Below are positions 39,783-50,135 of a stretch of 64,000 nucleotides of DNA, one piece after another. The DNA is from Deltaproteobacteria bacterium (GTDB taxonomy: Bacteria > Bdellovibrionota > JAJCYS01). The stretch is from NCBI GenBank assembly GCA_029262815.1, contig JAJCYS010000038.1, forward strand, positions 15,182-79,181, read 5' to 3'. The notes beneath the pieces were generated by a model. That model made no database searches. It worked only from the letters and a program-made list of their open reading frames with translations, and had not been told where the DNA came from. A program made the position numbers and the translations under genes. Every line of letters begins with the position of its first letter. Position 1 is the first letter of the stretch.

Positions 39783-41057
39783 ATGAAACACGTGATCGCA
39801 TTGAGTTGCTACCTGTTAATCCAAACAGGCTTCGCACATGCGCTCCCTCCGAATATCAAAACCGGTGTCAAATATGGCGTCATTAGTTCGAGAGCTGATA
39901 GTAATACGCTGGGTACTCGAATTTTGAGTCAAGGCGGCAGCGCATGGGATGCACTGATTGCCATCGTTACTGATCTCCTTGTTGAGGCTCCCCATATTGC
40001 TTCCTTTAATAGCGACATGACCGTCATGGTTATCCCGCAACACAAACCACCGCGATCCTATTGGCTCTCACAAAACCCTGATGCTAAAAAAACATACCCC
40101 TACAGCACATGGGCAGATACGCTTATCAATTTACACAAACGCAATGTCACAAAGTTCACCCCTGAACGTCTCATGAGCTCCGCTACTCACAAACTCACAA
40201 CCTTATCCAGCATCACGTTCCCCAAAGGAACACCTCACTACCAACGACTCGTAAACCCTAAAACCCGAACTGCGCTCAAAAAATGGCTCTTGCATCTGAG
40301 TCGGTATCAACCGTTGCTCTCTAAAAAAACACTAGCGCTCAGACGAAAACAAACCAAGCAAACTCTATCTCTCCCTAACAGCTCTCGGGCATCCACATTT
40401 CGAGGATCTATTCCGCTTGAAAATAAAACTCAACTCTTCAGCAACACACGCGCCTTACTCACACCCCTACACGCCAAGATTAAAACGCTCCCGACTCAAA
40501 AAATCACGCCTGCTGCACTTGCCAAATATTTAAAAGGTCCCAAGATTGCTAACACTGCCGCTCATTACCGTTACACGTTTCAGCTTGTACTCTTTGATGC
40601 CTATGGCACCATCGTCATGGTCCACATGGGTATTCCCGATCTTTCAAAAGCATTATTTGATCCTGTAACTGCTTGTCTAAATCATACAAGTCGAGCCTCA
40701 TTCGACAACCGAAAACAAGAGCTCGGGGTATTTGCATTATGGCACCCCAAACGACACGTCCTCTGGGCCATCACACCCAAATACCGGTCCGTGACGCCTC
40801 TCCTCTGGACGCTCCCTCTACGGATTATTGAAAGTAAATCAGTTCCTTTTTCAAAACAGGTGGATGCACCTCACTATGAACCAAAATCGTCAAACCTATT
40901 ACACACCTCAGGGGCCGTATCCCCTGATTTATTCAAACACTTTAAAAGAATCCGAAAAAAGACACCACCTATCACCTGGTTTGGCGTAGAAAGTCACCCT
41001 AATCATGCGATCGGATTTGCCTCTCCGTGGGCACACGCATATCCAAGCATGCAATAG
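39783..41057 (+). CDS. secreted divergent gamma-glutamyltransferase-like (Ntn-hydrolase) protein
   Basis: Signal peptide; TRILSQGGSAWDALIAIVTDLLVEAP resembles the GGT N-terminal GGNAVDAAVA block; FDAYGTIV resembles the region after the catalytic Thr; shorter than canonical GGT. Confidence 0.4.
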   Translation: MKHVIALSCYLLIQTGFAHALPPNIKTGVKYGVISSRADSNTLGTRILSQGGSAWDALIAIVTDLLVEAPHIASFNSDMTVMVIPQHKPPRSYWLSQNPDAKKTYPYSTWADTLINLHKRNVTKFTPERLMSSATHKLTTLSSITFPKGTPHYQRLVNPKTRTALKKWLLHLSRYQPLLSKKTLALRRKQTKQTLSLPNSSRASTFRGSIPLENKTQLFSNTRALLTPLHAKIKTLPTQKITPAALAKYLKGPKIANTAAHYRYTFQLVLFDAYGTIVMVHMGIPDLSKALFDPVTACLNHTSRASFDNRKQELGVFALWHPKRHVLWAITPKYRSVTPLLWTLPLRIIESKSVPFSKQVDAPHYEPKSSNLLHTSGAVSPDLFKHFKRIRKKTPPITWFGVESHPNHAIGFASPWAHAYPSMQ

Positions 41058-41169
41058 GGTGAGCATATAGGCTTAGATTGCTTCGTTGGGCCAAATAAAA
41101 GCCCTCCTCGCTGGCGGCGTAAATAAATTCTCAAGCTCGACCCCATTCTTGACGATGATGCACATAGGG

Positions 41170-41847
41170 ATGAAAACTTTATTTCAAAACTACGCCTTAC
41201 TTCTGGTACCTTTTTGCTTGGCGACCCTCTTTACAGGATGTACAAAGGTTGCCATTGAGCGAAACATTGCATTTAATCAATCTCTAGAGGACTATGAGGA
41301 TACTTGGTTGGTCCCGAAGAAACTAGAACACAAGGTCGTCAGTAAATGGCGGGTTTGGGCTTACGGTAAAGACAAAGTCGATGCATTGCTCAAAGACTAT
41401 GAACAAGAGTTGGCTGGCAAAAAAGCTAAACGAATTTATAAATTCTCCAAAAATGAACTTCTAGTCAAAACTTTCGCAAAAGGGAAAAACAAAAGGACCG
41501 AGGTCTGCACCTTTAAGTACACGCCTAAAAGAAAGACGTTTTTCAAAAAAGATCTCAAAGCTCATGCCTTCAAATATACGGGTGTAAAGAAAAAAGATTT
41601 AATCGCCAAAAAACAAGGCAACTGCAGCTATGCTGAAAGCATCACTTTCCCTATCGCGATGATCCGAAATATGCAAATGACCCCATCAGGGCCATTCCAA
41701 GCTGAGATCTCAGGCACTGTCCAAAGAGCTGTAAGTGTCCATTGGGCACTTCAAAGAATCGATGATCCCAGCCAGGTACGTTTGGGCGCAAATAATACGC
41801 TCCGCATTTCACCTCGTGGTATTGCCACATCAAAAAAACGACGTTGA
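41170..41847 (+). CDS. lipoprotein, unknown function
   Basis: Start at ATG 41170 (MKTLFQNYALLLVPFCLATLFTGC, lipobox LFTGC) with AGGGA 4 nt upstream; Lys-rich. Confidence 0.55.
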   Translation: MKTLFQNYALLLVPFCLATLFTGCTKVAIERNIAFNQSLEDYEDTWLVPKKLEHKVVSKWRVWAYGKDKVDALLKDYEQELAGKKAKRIYKFSKNELLVKTFAKGKNKRTEVCTFKYTPKRKTFFKKDLKAHAFKYTGVKKKDLIAKKQGNCSYAESITFPIAMIRNMQMTPSGPFQAEISGTVQRAVSVHWALQRIDDPSQVRLGANNTLRISPRGIATSKKRR

Positions 41848-41863
41848 ACCTTTGGCGCGTGTC

Positions 41864-42982
41864 CTAAATCATTTCGTTTACTTCAAAGAGACGTTGCTGT
41901 CGTTTAATCCCAAGACAAATGCCAATCGCAGTCCAATTAGCAAGCAAACTCGAGCCCCCATATGACATAAACGGCAACGCAACGCCGACAATGGGTAGTA
42001 GGCCAGATACCATTGCAATATTCACCCCCACCTGCAGTGCCAATGCAATGGCGTATCCTAAACAAAATATACTGGCAAATGCATTGGGCCCCGAAGCAGC
42101 CAACGTATAAATCCGAATGAAAATACACGCATACAAAATCAACACCAAAAGACTCCCCAAAAAACCCCATTCTTCCGCAAAAGCACTAAAAATAAAATCC
42201 GTTTGCTGTTCAGGAATAAAATCTAGATGTGATTGAGTCCCCTTTAGATATCCTTTTCCAGCCAGACGGCCACTGCCAATTGCAATCATCGATTGAATGG
42301 CATTGTATCCCGAACCTAAAGGGTCTTTTTGTGGGTTCAAAAAAGCAATCACACGTGCACGTTGATACGGTTTCAGTCCAAATTGATAAGCTGCCGGCAG
42401 CGAAATAACCCCTAATACAACAGCACCTAATAACAACCGCTTTTCGATATTGCATAGCAACACAATCAACACACCGATAGTCGCAACAACACCTGCTGTC
42501 CCCAAATCAGGCTCTAGCAATATCAGACAGCTTGGCACACTGATTAATAGTAGAGGCCCTAAAATTCTTTGAAGGCCCACACGCTCAAAAGGCTGAATGG
42601 CTTGCATCGATTTGGCTAAAAATAAAATCAGCGCTATCTTCATAAATTCACTGGGCTGAAACCTGTACCCCCAAAAAAACAACCACCTGCGTGATCCCGC
42701 AATTTCAGGACTGAAAAACAATACCCATAGCAACGTGCCACCCAATCCCACGTACACCAGAGGGCTCAACCGTTGTATTGTCGTAAGACTGATACGTGAA
42801 ATAATTAACGCTGCAGCAAGACTCAGCATTGCATAGATCATTTGCGTTTTTGCAATGGCTGAGAGGCCCGTACTCACCTCAGACACAGTCGCACTATGTA
42901 TGGACATGAGACTAATGGTCATGAGCCCCAGTAACGGCACTAAAAGCAAAACATCTAAGCTTTTAAAGACTCGAATCCACAT
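41864..42982 (-). CDS. mrdB: rod shape-determining protein RodA (SEDS family)
   Basis: 372 aa polytopic membrane protein immediately downstream of the PBP2 gene. Confidence 0.8.
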   Translation of the reverse strand: MWIRVFKSLDVLLLVPLLGLMTISLMSIHSATVSEVSTGLSAIAKTQMIYAMLSLAAALIISRISLTTIQRLSPLVYVGLGGTLLWVLFFSPEIAGSRRWLFFWGYRFQPSEFMKIALILFLAKSMQAIQPFERVGLQRILGPLLLISVPSCLILLEPDLGTAGVVATIGVLIVLLCNIEKRLLLGAVVLGVISLPAAYQFGLKPYQRARVIAFLNPQKDPLGSGYNAIQSMIAIGSGRLAGKGYLKGTQSHLDFIPEQQTDFIFSAFAEEWGFLGSLLVLILYACIFIRIYTLAASGPNAFASIFCLGYAIALALQVGVNIAMVSGLLPIVGVALPFMSYGGSSLLANWTAIGICLGIKRQQRLFEVNEMI

Positions 42983-42984
42983 CT

Positions 42985-44832
42985 TTAATTCCCTTCTGCC
43001 TTTGCAACTTGCTTTTGTTTTTTTAAGGTTCGAAATACAGCTTGCGCGATAGGTATCGCAGAAGACCCACTACATCCATGCTCTTTGACTACAATCGTAA
43101 TGTACTTAGGGTGCTTCGTCGGCCAAAAACCAGCAAAAATACCATGGTGACGTTCTTTAGGCGGCAGAGATTCACACGAGCTGTATAAATCCTCTGGAGA
43201 AAAAGCCCGTACCTGTGCTGTTCCCGTTTTTCCACCTATTTTCAATGAAGCGTCTCTGTAAGAAAACCCTGTTCCATCTGATGTCTCTATTGCTTTGATC
43301 ATGCCACGAACAATCAATCCGATGTGACCGGGATCGAGCTGCACACGACGGATCACTTTGGGTCCATTAGCACGAATTAATTTCCCATCTACATCCCGCT
43401 CTTGCTCAATCAGATAAGGTCGAAATACGGTTCCGCCATTTAGGAGTGTCGCATAAGCCGAGGCTAACTGTAACGGTGTTGTACTGACATACCCTTGACC
43501 GATGGCGACATTTAATGTTTCACCTGTTTGCCAGCGTTCTCCGTAGGTTTTCTTCTTCCACTTCGTATCCGGAATCAAGCCCCGATTCTCATTCAACAGC
43601 TCTATCCCTAACATACGGCCCATTCCAAATTGCCGTGCGAGCATCGCCAGACGATCCATCGCCATTACTTTTGAAAAATGATAGAAATACACGTCGCATG
43701 AAGCCAAGACAGCTTTTTCAAAATCTACCTTGCCGTGCCCGCCCTCCTTCCAACAGTGAAACTTTTTTCGTCCGAGTTGGTAGCTCCCTTTGCATGTGAT
43801 GGTGTGTTCAGGTGTGATGATTTTTTCTTGCAAAGCAGCCAAAGCAGAGAATACTTTAAACGTTGACCCAGGTGGATAAACCCCTTGAACAACGCGGTTG
43901 AATAAGGGATAGTCTGCCTTACGAGACAAAGTGTGCCAATTCATGCCTAGGGTGTTGGGATTATAATTTGGCGTGCTGACCATCCCCAACACACGACCTG
44001 TATGAATCTCAAGCACCACGCCTGCCCCACGATGTTTTTTAAGCCCCTCATACAATGTTTTTTGCACGTCAACATCTAAGGTCGTGTGTAAGGTATGCCC
44101 CGGTGTTGCAGCGACTGGGCGAACCCAATTCATAAAACTGCCATCTGCATGTTCAATACGTCGTCCATGTGCGTCTACGCGAATATATTGAACGCCGTGT
44201 GTCCCTCGGAGTTGCTCATCAGCTACACGTTCTAGCCCATCCCTGCCCAGCTCTTCGCCCTGAATCATCAAATGGTTTTTAGACTTTCGAAAGTCAGCTG
44301 TGGTAGGTTCAGACACATATCCAAGCACATGAGAAAACACTGCCCCGTAGGGATAATGACGCATTGGCGTCATTTGAATATCTAATCCGTCATAAAATTT
44401 TTTTTGAACTTCAATTTGTGCGACGACCTCTTGAGAAACATCCCGAGCGATCGGAATCGCTTGAAATCTCGGTTTCCCTTTTTTCTTTTTTAGATAGTCA
44501 GATTTTAGAGTACTCATGGGCTGATTGAGTAACGTAGATAGGAGTTTCAACACTTTTTCAGGTTGTTTCAAGTACTGAGGCACTACGACCACGTCGAATC
44601 TAAATCGATAGTCAACAAGCACGTGCCCGTGGCGATCATAAAGCATGCCCCGCAGTGCGGGTACATATTCTTGACGGATTTGATTTTTGGTTGAATAGTG
44701 AAAAAAGGCATCGCCTTTTAAAATCTGAAGCACAGACAGGCGAAATAACAACAGAACAAGCAGACACCCAAAGAGCCAGAGCACCCAGCGGTTTGTTCGA
44801 AGATACTCATTGTGACTGTCCTGACCTAACAT
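42985..44832 (-). CDS. mrdA: penicillin-binding protein 2 (transpeptidase)
   Basis: STFK (SxxK) and KTGTA motifs; N-terminal TM; 615 aa; between mreD and rodA. Confidence 0.85.
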   Translation of the reverse strand: MLGQDSHNEYLRTNRWVLWLFGCLLVLLLFRLSVLQILKGDAFFHYSTKNQIRQEYVPALRGMLYDRHGHVLVDYRFRFDVVVVPQYLKQPEKVLKLLSTLLNQPMSTLKSDYLKKKKGKPRFQAIPIARDVSQEVVAQIEVQKKFYDGLDIQMTPMRHYPYGAVFSHVLGYVSEPTTADFRKSKNHLMIQGEELGRDGLERVADEQLRGTHGVQYIRVDAHGRRIEHADGSFMNWVRPVAATPGHTLHTTLDVDVQKTLYEGLKKHRGAGVVLEIHTGRVLGMVSTPNYNPNTLGMNWHTLSRKADYPLFNRVVQGVYPPGSTFKVFSALAALQEKIITPEHTITCKGSYQLGRKKFHCWKEGGHGKVDFEKAVLASCDVYFYHFSKVMAMDRLAMLARQFGMGRMLGIELLNENRGLIPDTKWKKKTYGERWQTGETLNVAIGQGYVSTTPLQLASAYATLLNGGTVFRPYLIEQERDVDGKLIRANGPKVIRRVQLDPGHIGLIVRGMIKAIETSDGTGFSYRDASLKIGGKTGTAQVRAFSPEDLYSSCESLPPKERHHGIFAGFWPTKHPKYITIVVKEHGCSGSSAIPIAQAVFRTLKKQKQVAKAEGN

Positions 44833-44838
44833 GTTGAC

Positions 44839-45354
44839 TTAAATATCTGAAGCCTGATGAACACGGCCTGAAAATTGCGCCAATATGGGATTCATGATAC
44901 ACACATATAACATCACATTGACGCCACTGAGCACAACCCAACGCCACTGCAAAATGTAAGCTGACCCATCAGTTAAATAGAAAGACATCTTTATGATCCG
45001 GAGTCCTAAAAACAAACCAAAGCAACATAGTACTGCAGCTATTCGGATCTTTTTTTGATCTGGAGCCACATGTGCCCGAAATAATATCCCCAACACACCG
45101 ATGGTTAAAAATGGAAACAGCAACCCCCAAAAACCATGCACACTCGTAAAACTGACCCACAGGATCATCCCAAGCATTGACATAAAACTTTGCCAGTATG
45201 GCCGGACTAAAAGCAGATACGTCACCCAAAAAACCCATATATAACTCACAACACCGACCGATAATCCATCAAAGTAAGCAGACAGTTGAAAGCCCATACC
45301 ATCTATTAAATAGCAGCCTATGCCGACCAACATGTCACAGACCCAAATACTCAT
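44839..45354 (-). CDS. mreD: rod shape-determining protein MreD
   Basis: 171 aa polytopic membrane protein in the canonical slot between mreC and mrdA. Confidence 0.65.
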   Translation of the reverse strand: MSIWVCDMLVGIGCYLIDGMGFQLSAYFDGLSVGVVSYIWVFWVTYLLLVRPYWQSFMSMLGMILWVSFTSVHGFWGLLFPFLTIGVLGILFRAHVAPDQKKIRIAAVLCCFGLFLGLRIIKMSFYLTDGSAYILQWRWVVLSGVNVMLYVCIMNPILAQFSGRVHQASDI

Positions 45355-46175
45355 TTTCCCCTTTGGCCCAAAATAATAAAAACCTCTTGGGCTTTTTGAG
45401 CATCAACAAAAGGCATTATCCATACCGCTTGCTCTAGTTTTTGGCGAGTGGGTTCGATACGCGTGACTTTGCCCACCCCGATACCGTGGGGAAACACTTT
45501 GCCAAGCCCAGAGGTGATATAAATATCCCCAATGTGCACATCCGAATCACGATGCACATATCGGAGTAACTGAAGTGGCCCCTGACTTTCTCCCGTTAAG
45601 ACAGCACGCTCATCAGTACGGAGGTTCACCACGTGGGCTCGAAATAAGGGGTCTTGTAATGCCAAAACTAGGCTTCTATGGCGACCTGCCGCAACAACTT
45701 GCCCTACGATACCTTTGTGATCAATCACAGGTACCGCATTTTGCACCCCGTGCGCAGTACCGGCGTTAACCCAGAGGGCCTTGCGGTCAGCGGAATGATC
45801 GAGTGCCACTACTTCAGCAATCTTAAGCTTGAATGGAAGTTTGGGCTGCAATCCAAGAATGCCACGAAGTCGAGCGACTTCTTGTTCGAGTGTCAACAGC
45901 TTGATTCGCTCTGCATCAGAGGCCTGGAGCTCAGTTTTGAGTCTTTTGTTTTCTAGTTGCAACGCCTCAATACGCAGAAAACGTTCATAGAAGGCGTATA
46001 CGGTATCCGTAGATGACCTCATAAAATGGAATACCGGCTCACAGAATATCTGATACAATTGTGAGGAAGCGGTCGACCGTAGGTCTGGCAGCTTCACAAA
46101 TACAGTAAAAAACGTTATGAATAAGGCTATGATGAGCCAGGCGTATTTTTTTATAATATGTGAACCTTTTAACAT
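45351..46175 (-). CDS. mreC: rod shape-determining protein MreC
   Basis: N-terminal TM, coiled-coil segment, C-terminal VITSGLGKVFPHGIGVGKV block; 274 aa. Confidence 0.75.
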   Translation of the reverse strand: MLKGSHIIKKYAWLIIALFITFFTVFVKLPDLRSTASSQLYQIFCEPVFHFMRSSTDTVYAFYERFLRIEALQLENKRLKTELQASDAERIKLLTLEQEVARLRGILGLQPKLPFKLKIAEVVALDHSADRKALWVNAGTAHGVQNAVPVIDHKGIVGQVVAAGRHRSLVLALQDPLFRAHVVNLRTDERAVLTGESQGPLQLLRYVHRDSDVHIGDIYITSGLGKVFPHGIGVGKVTRIEPTRQKLEQAVWIMPFVDAQKAQEVFIILGQRGK

Positions 46176-47767
46176 GGTTACTCCAAGGAGCTTTTATGCT
46201 TGCTTATTTTAGAGGTCAGCGTAACCCGATTCTACTATATTTTGTTGTGGGTGTGATTTGTATTGTCATGTTGTCGTTTGGATTGGTTGCCAAACAATAC
46301 AGCCCTAAACCATCTTGGGTGCTCAAAGTGAATGGGAAAAAAGTCCCCCTCACGAGATACCTTGCCTCTTATCATCAAATCATAGGCTATTTTCAGAGCC
46401 TACTGAAAGGGCAATTCGACCCCAGTATGCTCCAGTATTTTCAAGTGTATAGCACAGTCCTTGAAAACTTAAAAGAACGTGAGCTGTTAGATTACTTCGC
46501 TCAGAACCAACATTTGGTCTTTAGCACCGAGTTTGTGCGAGATCAGATTCTCAAAGAAGAGGGATTCAAAGACGACGGTCAGTTTTCATTCGACCAATAT
46601 AAGCGAGTGTTAGCCCGAGGTCTCCCCTTCAGCCCTATCAAGCCCAAAGATTATGAGGATTATTTGGGGCAGATCTATGTTGTTCAAACTTTGAATCGTG
46701 TCATTCGAAATGCGTTTCATTTACCAAAAGAGCATCAAGATATTCTAGAGAAATTACGTCAAATTGAGTATAAGGTCACCCTATACCCACTAACACCTAA
46801 ACACATTCAAGCCAAAACGAAGCTCAAAAAAGAAGAAATTGCAGCTTTTGCGTCTGATACAAAAAATTTGCCTGCTATTCAAAATGCATATTTCAAACAA
46901 TCGGCCAAATATTCTCAAAAAGGGACCTACGAAGCCAAACATATTCTGCTGCCAAATGTCACAGAAGAAGAAAAGAAGACATCAAAAGATCTGGCTGATC
47001 AACTGTATACCCAACTTGTGACGGATCCTGGACAGTTTGAAGCATTGGTCAAAAAACATTCCGTCGATCCAAGCAGTAAAGACAAAGGCGGTCGTTTGGG
47101 CAAATTAACTTCTGGCGAGATCAAAGAAGAGCTTGAGGCAGCCCTAAAAACGTTAAAACCTGGTGAAGTGGGCAAACCGATCGTGACAAATCTAGGGATC
47201 CATATTCCTGTGTTAATTGCTTCCACACCTGAGGCAACTACACCGCTGGAAAAAGTAAAAAGCGAGCTTGCTGAGCAAGTGCTTATGGATCAAAAAAGAG
47301 GTGAATTGGTTGAAATTTATCAACCCATTCTGATTTCTCATTTTAAGAATCGAGATATCAAAGAAGTCAAACGTATATTAACCACGACATTGCGAATTAA
47401 ACCTGAGGAAACAGGTTTTTTTAGCCCGTATCAAAGTTTGATCCAACCAGTGGGGCAGGCCTTTCCGTTGAAACAGTATGTGCTCCACAACGAGCTTGAA
47501 GCGGGGGATTTTGTCGAAGAAATTATTAAACTGGGCGGTACCCCCTATGTCATTCAGATCAAAGCCAAGAAAGAAGCATTTGAGGCAACCACTAAGACAA
47601 AAGGCGCCAAAGAACAGTTTTTGACTCAAATGAATTTAAAATGGCAGGATCATGTCTATGCCAAGTTCAAGAAAAGCCTGGAGCAGCGGTATCCCATTAT
47701 TGTGAATCAAGAGGCTATCGCAGCATTTAAAAAACGTCATAGCAGAACTGAACAAGCTGCACAATAA
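46160..47767 (+). CDS. membrane-anchored peptidyl-prolyl isomerase (PpiD/SurA-like, parvulin domain)
   Basis: N-terminal TM; parvulin-type block AKHILLPNV...GGRLGKLTSGEI...; 535 aa. Confidence 0.7.
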   Translation: MNLLTWLLQGAFMLAYFRGQRNPILLYFVVGVICIVMLSFGLVAKQYSPKPSWVLKVNGKKVPLTRYLASYHQIIGYFQSLLKGQFDPSMLQYFQVYSTVLENLKERELLDYFAQNQHLVFSTEFVRDQILKEEGFKDDGQFSFDQYKRVLARGLPFSPIKPKDYEDYLGQIYVVQTLNRVIRNAFHLPKEHQDILEKLRQIEYKVTLYPLTPKHIQAKTKLKKEEIAAFASDTKNLPAIQNAYFKQSAKYSQKGTYEAKHILLPNVTEEEKKTSKDLADQLYTQLVTDPGQFEALVKKHSVDPSSKDKGGRLGKLTSGEIKEELEAALKTLKPGEVGKPIVTNLGIHIPVLIASTPEATTPLEKVKSELAEQVLMDQKRGELVEIYQPILISHFKNRDIKEVKRILTTTLRIKPEETGFFSPYQSLIQPVGQAFPLKQYVLHNELEAGDFVEEIIKLGGTPYVIQIKAKKEAFEATTKTKGAKEQFLTQMNLKWQDHVYAKFKKSLEQRYPIIVNQEAIAAFKKRHSRTEQAAQ

Positions 47768-47799
47768 AGTCTCGAAAAACCATACCCAAAAAGGGTTTC

Positions 47800-47844
47800 A
47801 GAGCACAGTCTTTTTTTCTTTACAAAGAAAAAAGGCTGTGCTCT
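47800..47844. terminator. bidirectional terminator-like hairpin (stem AGAGCACAG / CTGTGCTCT, long A/T loop)
   Basis: Perfect 9-bp stem flanking an A/T-rich palindromic loop, between convergent-free genes 46160-47767 and 47928-48431. Confidence 0.35.
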
Positions 47845-47927
47845 AGTACAACCTAATTTGAACAAACCCAGTTTTGTGTCACATATGTGGGTTTCGTCAA
47901 TTTTTATTAATTTAAGAGGAGGAAACT

Positions 47928-48431
47928 ATGAATTTAAAAGTTTTATCAGTCGCGTTGGTCGCAAGTTTTTTGGTTGTTACAGCGTGCAGCAGCAGCAAAT
48001 CACCTAAGGGCAAAAGTGATGCCGCAAGTGTTTCTATGTCAATTTCAGCAAAAAACAATAAATTCGAATTGAATGTTGATAAATTTAAGATTGAAGCTTT
48101 GAAGGAAGTCAAAAATACAGATGCTATGAAAGCGCTTAAAGATCTAAACGGTAGCTTCTCTATCGCACGTAAGGCAGAGAATGACATCACAAGTGGCAAA
48201 TGGGTTCATACGGATGGTGACAAAGTACATTCAATTGCATTCACCAACGAAAACAATGTCTGGACATTCGCTAATGAAATCACTGGCGTCAAAGCGGACC
48301 ATGCGATGGCTATCTGGGCAAAACAAAAATCTACCATTACAGCTACAAAAGATGGCGGATTCACCATGTCTTTGACTTTGGCTGACAAAGACACTAAAAA
48401 CGTAACCGTTTCTGTACCGTTTAAGAAGTAA
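47928..48431 (+). CDS. lipoprotein, unknown function
   Basis: RBS AGAGGAGGAAACT before ATG; MNLKVLSVALVASFLVVTACSSS lipobox. Confidence 0.6.
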   Translation: MNLKVLSVALVASFLVVTACSSSKSPKGKSDAASVSMSISAKNNKFELNVDKFKIEALKEVKNTDAMKALKDLNGSFSIARKAENDITSGKWVHTDGDKVHSIAFTNENNVWTFANEITGVKADHAMAIWAKQKSTITATKDGGFTMSLTLADKDTKNVTVSVPFKK

Positions 48432-48462
48432 GTACTAACCTACCCAACTGTAGGTCAAAAAA

Positions 48463-48497
48463 ACCTGGCGTCATTTAATTGGCGTCAGGTTTTTTTA
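48463..48497 (+). terminator. intrinsic terminator (stem with G-U wobbles, T7 tract)
   Basis: ACCTGGCGTCA ... TGGCGTCAGGT followed by TTTTTTT; A-tract upstream. Confidence 0.5.
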
Positions 48498-48605
48498 TTT
48501 GCTCCTCCACAGTGTTCTTTATTGACCTACGGCCTCCACCCTGCTTGGTTTAAATATGGTATTATGGTACTGTGGGAGCTGATTTTAGAGCCGGAGGGTA
48601 GTCAT

Positions 48606-49238
48606 ATGCGTCGGGGAATTCTTTTTTTTACACTTATAGCTGCATGTTTTGCAGGATGCAAATCGGATGTTGAAAAACGCCAAAAGTTGGATGAGTTCAT
48701 GCTCTCCATCACATCAAAAGCTTATATCTTCAAAGGACTGACTGTAACCAAGACTGTTAAGTCAAAAGAAGTGAGAACAGATGGCAAAACCTGGCTGGCA
48801 TATTTTACAGACAAGGTCTTTCCGAACGTTCCAGATGATGTGGAAAGAGATCTTAGGCTGATACTTGATAACAAAGACAAATTCGTAGGATCAGAGTTCA
48901 AACTAGGTGCCGCTGCGTGGCGATATACTCGAAACTCAGAAAAATTCCCTCTCGAAAAAAATGGCATGATTGAGTGGAAACGTGCTGATGGGGGGAGCTT
49001 ATTTAGACCTGATTATTTACAAAACGAAACATATTTTTCATTTTTTGGCCCTTTCGGTACAGGGACAGTTGCCAAAGACGCTGAGTTAGAGGACTACGAA
49101 AAGCCTCTTATTCGTTTTTTTCAAAAAAAGAAACTAGAAGTCACTGCTGAGGACAACAAGCAAGAAAAACTCAAGCTTAATTATTACATAGAAGGCATTG
49201 TTGCTTTCTCTCTCAGCTTTGAGCAAAAGAAAGAGTAA
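48606..49238 (+). CDS. lipoprotein, unknown function
   Basis: Start at ATG 48606 (MRRGILFFTLIAACFAGC) with GGAGGG upstream; the ORF-track start at 48522 is an extension. Confidence 0.6.
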   Translation: MRRGILFFTLIAACFAGCKSDVEKRQKLDEFMLSITSKAYIFKGLTVTKTVKSKEVRTDGKTWLAYFTDKVFPNVPDDVERDLRLILDNKDKFVGSEFKLGAAAWRYTRNSEKFPLEKNGMIEWKRADGGSLFRPDYLQNETYFSFFGPFGTGTVAKDAELEDYEKPLIRFFQKKKLEVTAEDNKQEKLKLNYYIEGIVAFSLSFEQKKE

Positions 49239-49265
49239 ACCATCATCAGAAGAGGAGGACATCTC

Positions 49266-50132
49266 ATGAGATATAGCCGATTTTATTGCCTTCTGGCATG
49301 TTGCATGGTGCTTACAAGCTGCACACGTAACAACACCGAACCGACTGCGAAGTTCTTATCTGTCCTATTTACCTCACATGCGGCACTGCTAAATGCAACC
49401 AAAACGCCAAGCGCTGAGAATGATAAAAATTTAAAATTTTTTAGAATGACACATGGTCGATATTTTGGGAATGAGATGGAAACATTCGCAAAATTTGATG
49501 CTATCTACAAAGGGGAACTTTATTGGCTGTTCAGTCAGGGACCTGATCGTGAAACATACATTTGGATGGTGTACAAACTGCCTGAAGGCATGCCCTCAAC
49601 TCTACAGACAAAAAAAGATGAAAAAGATAAGAAGAAGGATGAAAAAGATAAGGAAAAAGAGGTTGATCCCAAAAAACCACTTGTCGGCTGCTCGCAATTT
49701 ATGATGTCGATTGAAACGACATACGAAGGCGGATTGGCCTATGCCTATGATACTGAGTTGCCCACTATTAGCATGGGGCCTTGGATACAAATGGATTATT
49801 CCGGGGAAAAGCTGGCTATCAAAAAGTTAAGCACAAAATACATTAATTCGTTCTTTACGCTTATCCAGCATGAGAGTGGAAGCATCAAAGCACGTTGGCA
49901 GAGTGACAGCTCTATAGCAAGAATCAAAATATCCCGCGTTAGACCCGTAGAGCCCTATGCCTATGTTGATTTAGTTCCAGCTGAACCAACTGCATACATT
50001 AAGGATGCGCTAAGGAAGAATGTTAGATACACGTTTTTGAAACACACGATAAAAAAATCAATTAAAAAGAAAGATGAGAAGGAAGACACTGAAAAAGATA
50101 AAAAAGACAACAAGGAAACCAAAGAGGATTAG
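49266..50132 (+). CDS. lipoprotein with Lys/Asp/Glu low-complexity segments
   Basis: MRYSRFYCLLACCMVLTSC lipobox; KKDEKDKKKDEKDKEKE internal and KKKDEKEDTEKDKKDNKETKED C-terminal tracts. Confidence 0.6.
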   Translation: MRYSRFYCLLACCMVLTSCTRNNTEPTAKFLSVLFTSHAALLNATKTPSAENDKNLKFFRMTHGRYFGNEMETFAKFDAIYKGELYWLFSQGPDRETYIWMVYKLPEGMPSTLQTKKDEKDKKKDEKDKEKEVDPKKPLVGCSQFMMSIETTYEGGLAYAYDTELPTISMGPWIQMDYSGEKLAIKKLSTKYINSFFTLIQHESGSIKARWQSDSSIARIKISRVRPVEPYAYVDLVPAEPTAYIKDALRKNVRYTFLKHTIKKSIKKKDEKEDTEKDKKDNKETKED

Positions 50133-50135
50133 ACC

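Noticed and set aside
45351-46175. Absence of mreB upstream of mreC as a sign of a disrupted locus
   Set aside because: mreB is often encoded elsewhere, and a divergent ppiD-like gene sits upstream with intact promoter space; this cannot be judged from one window.
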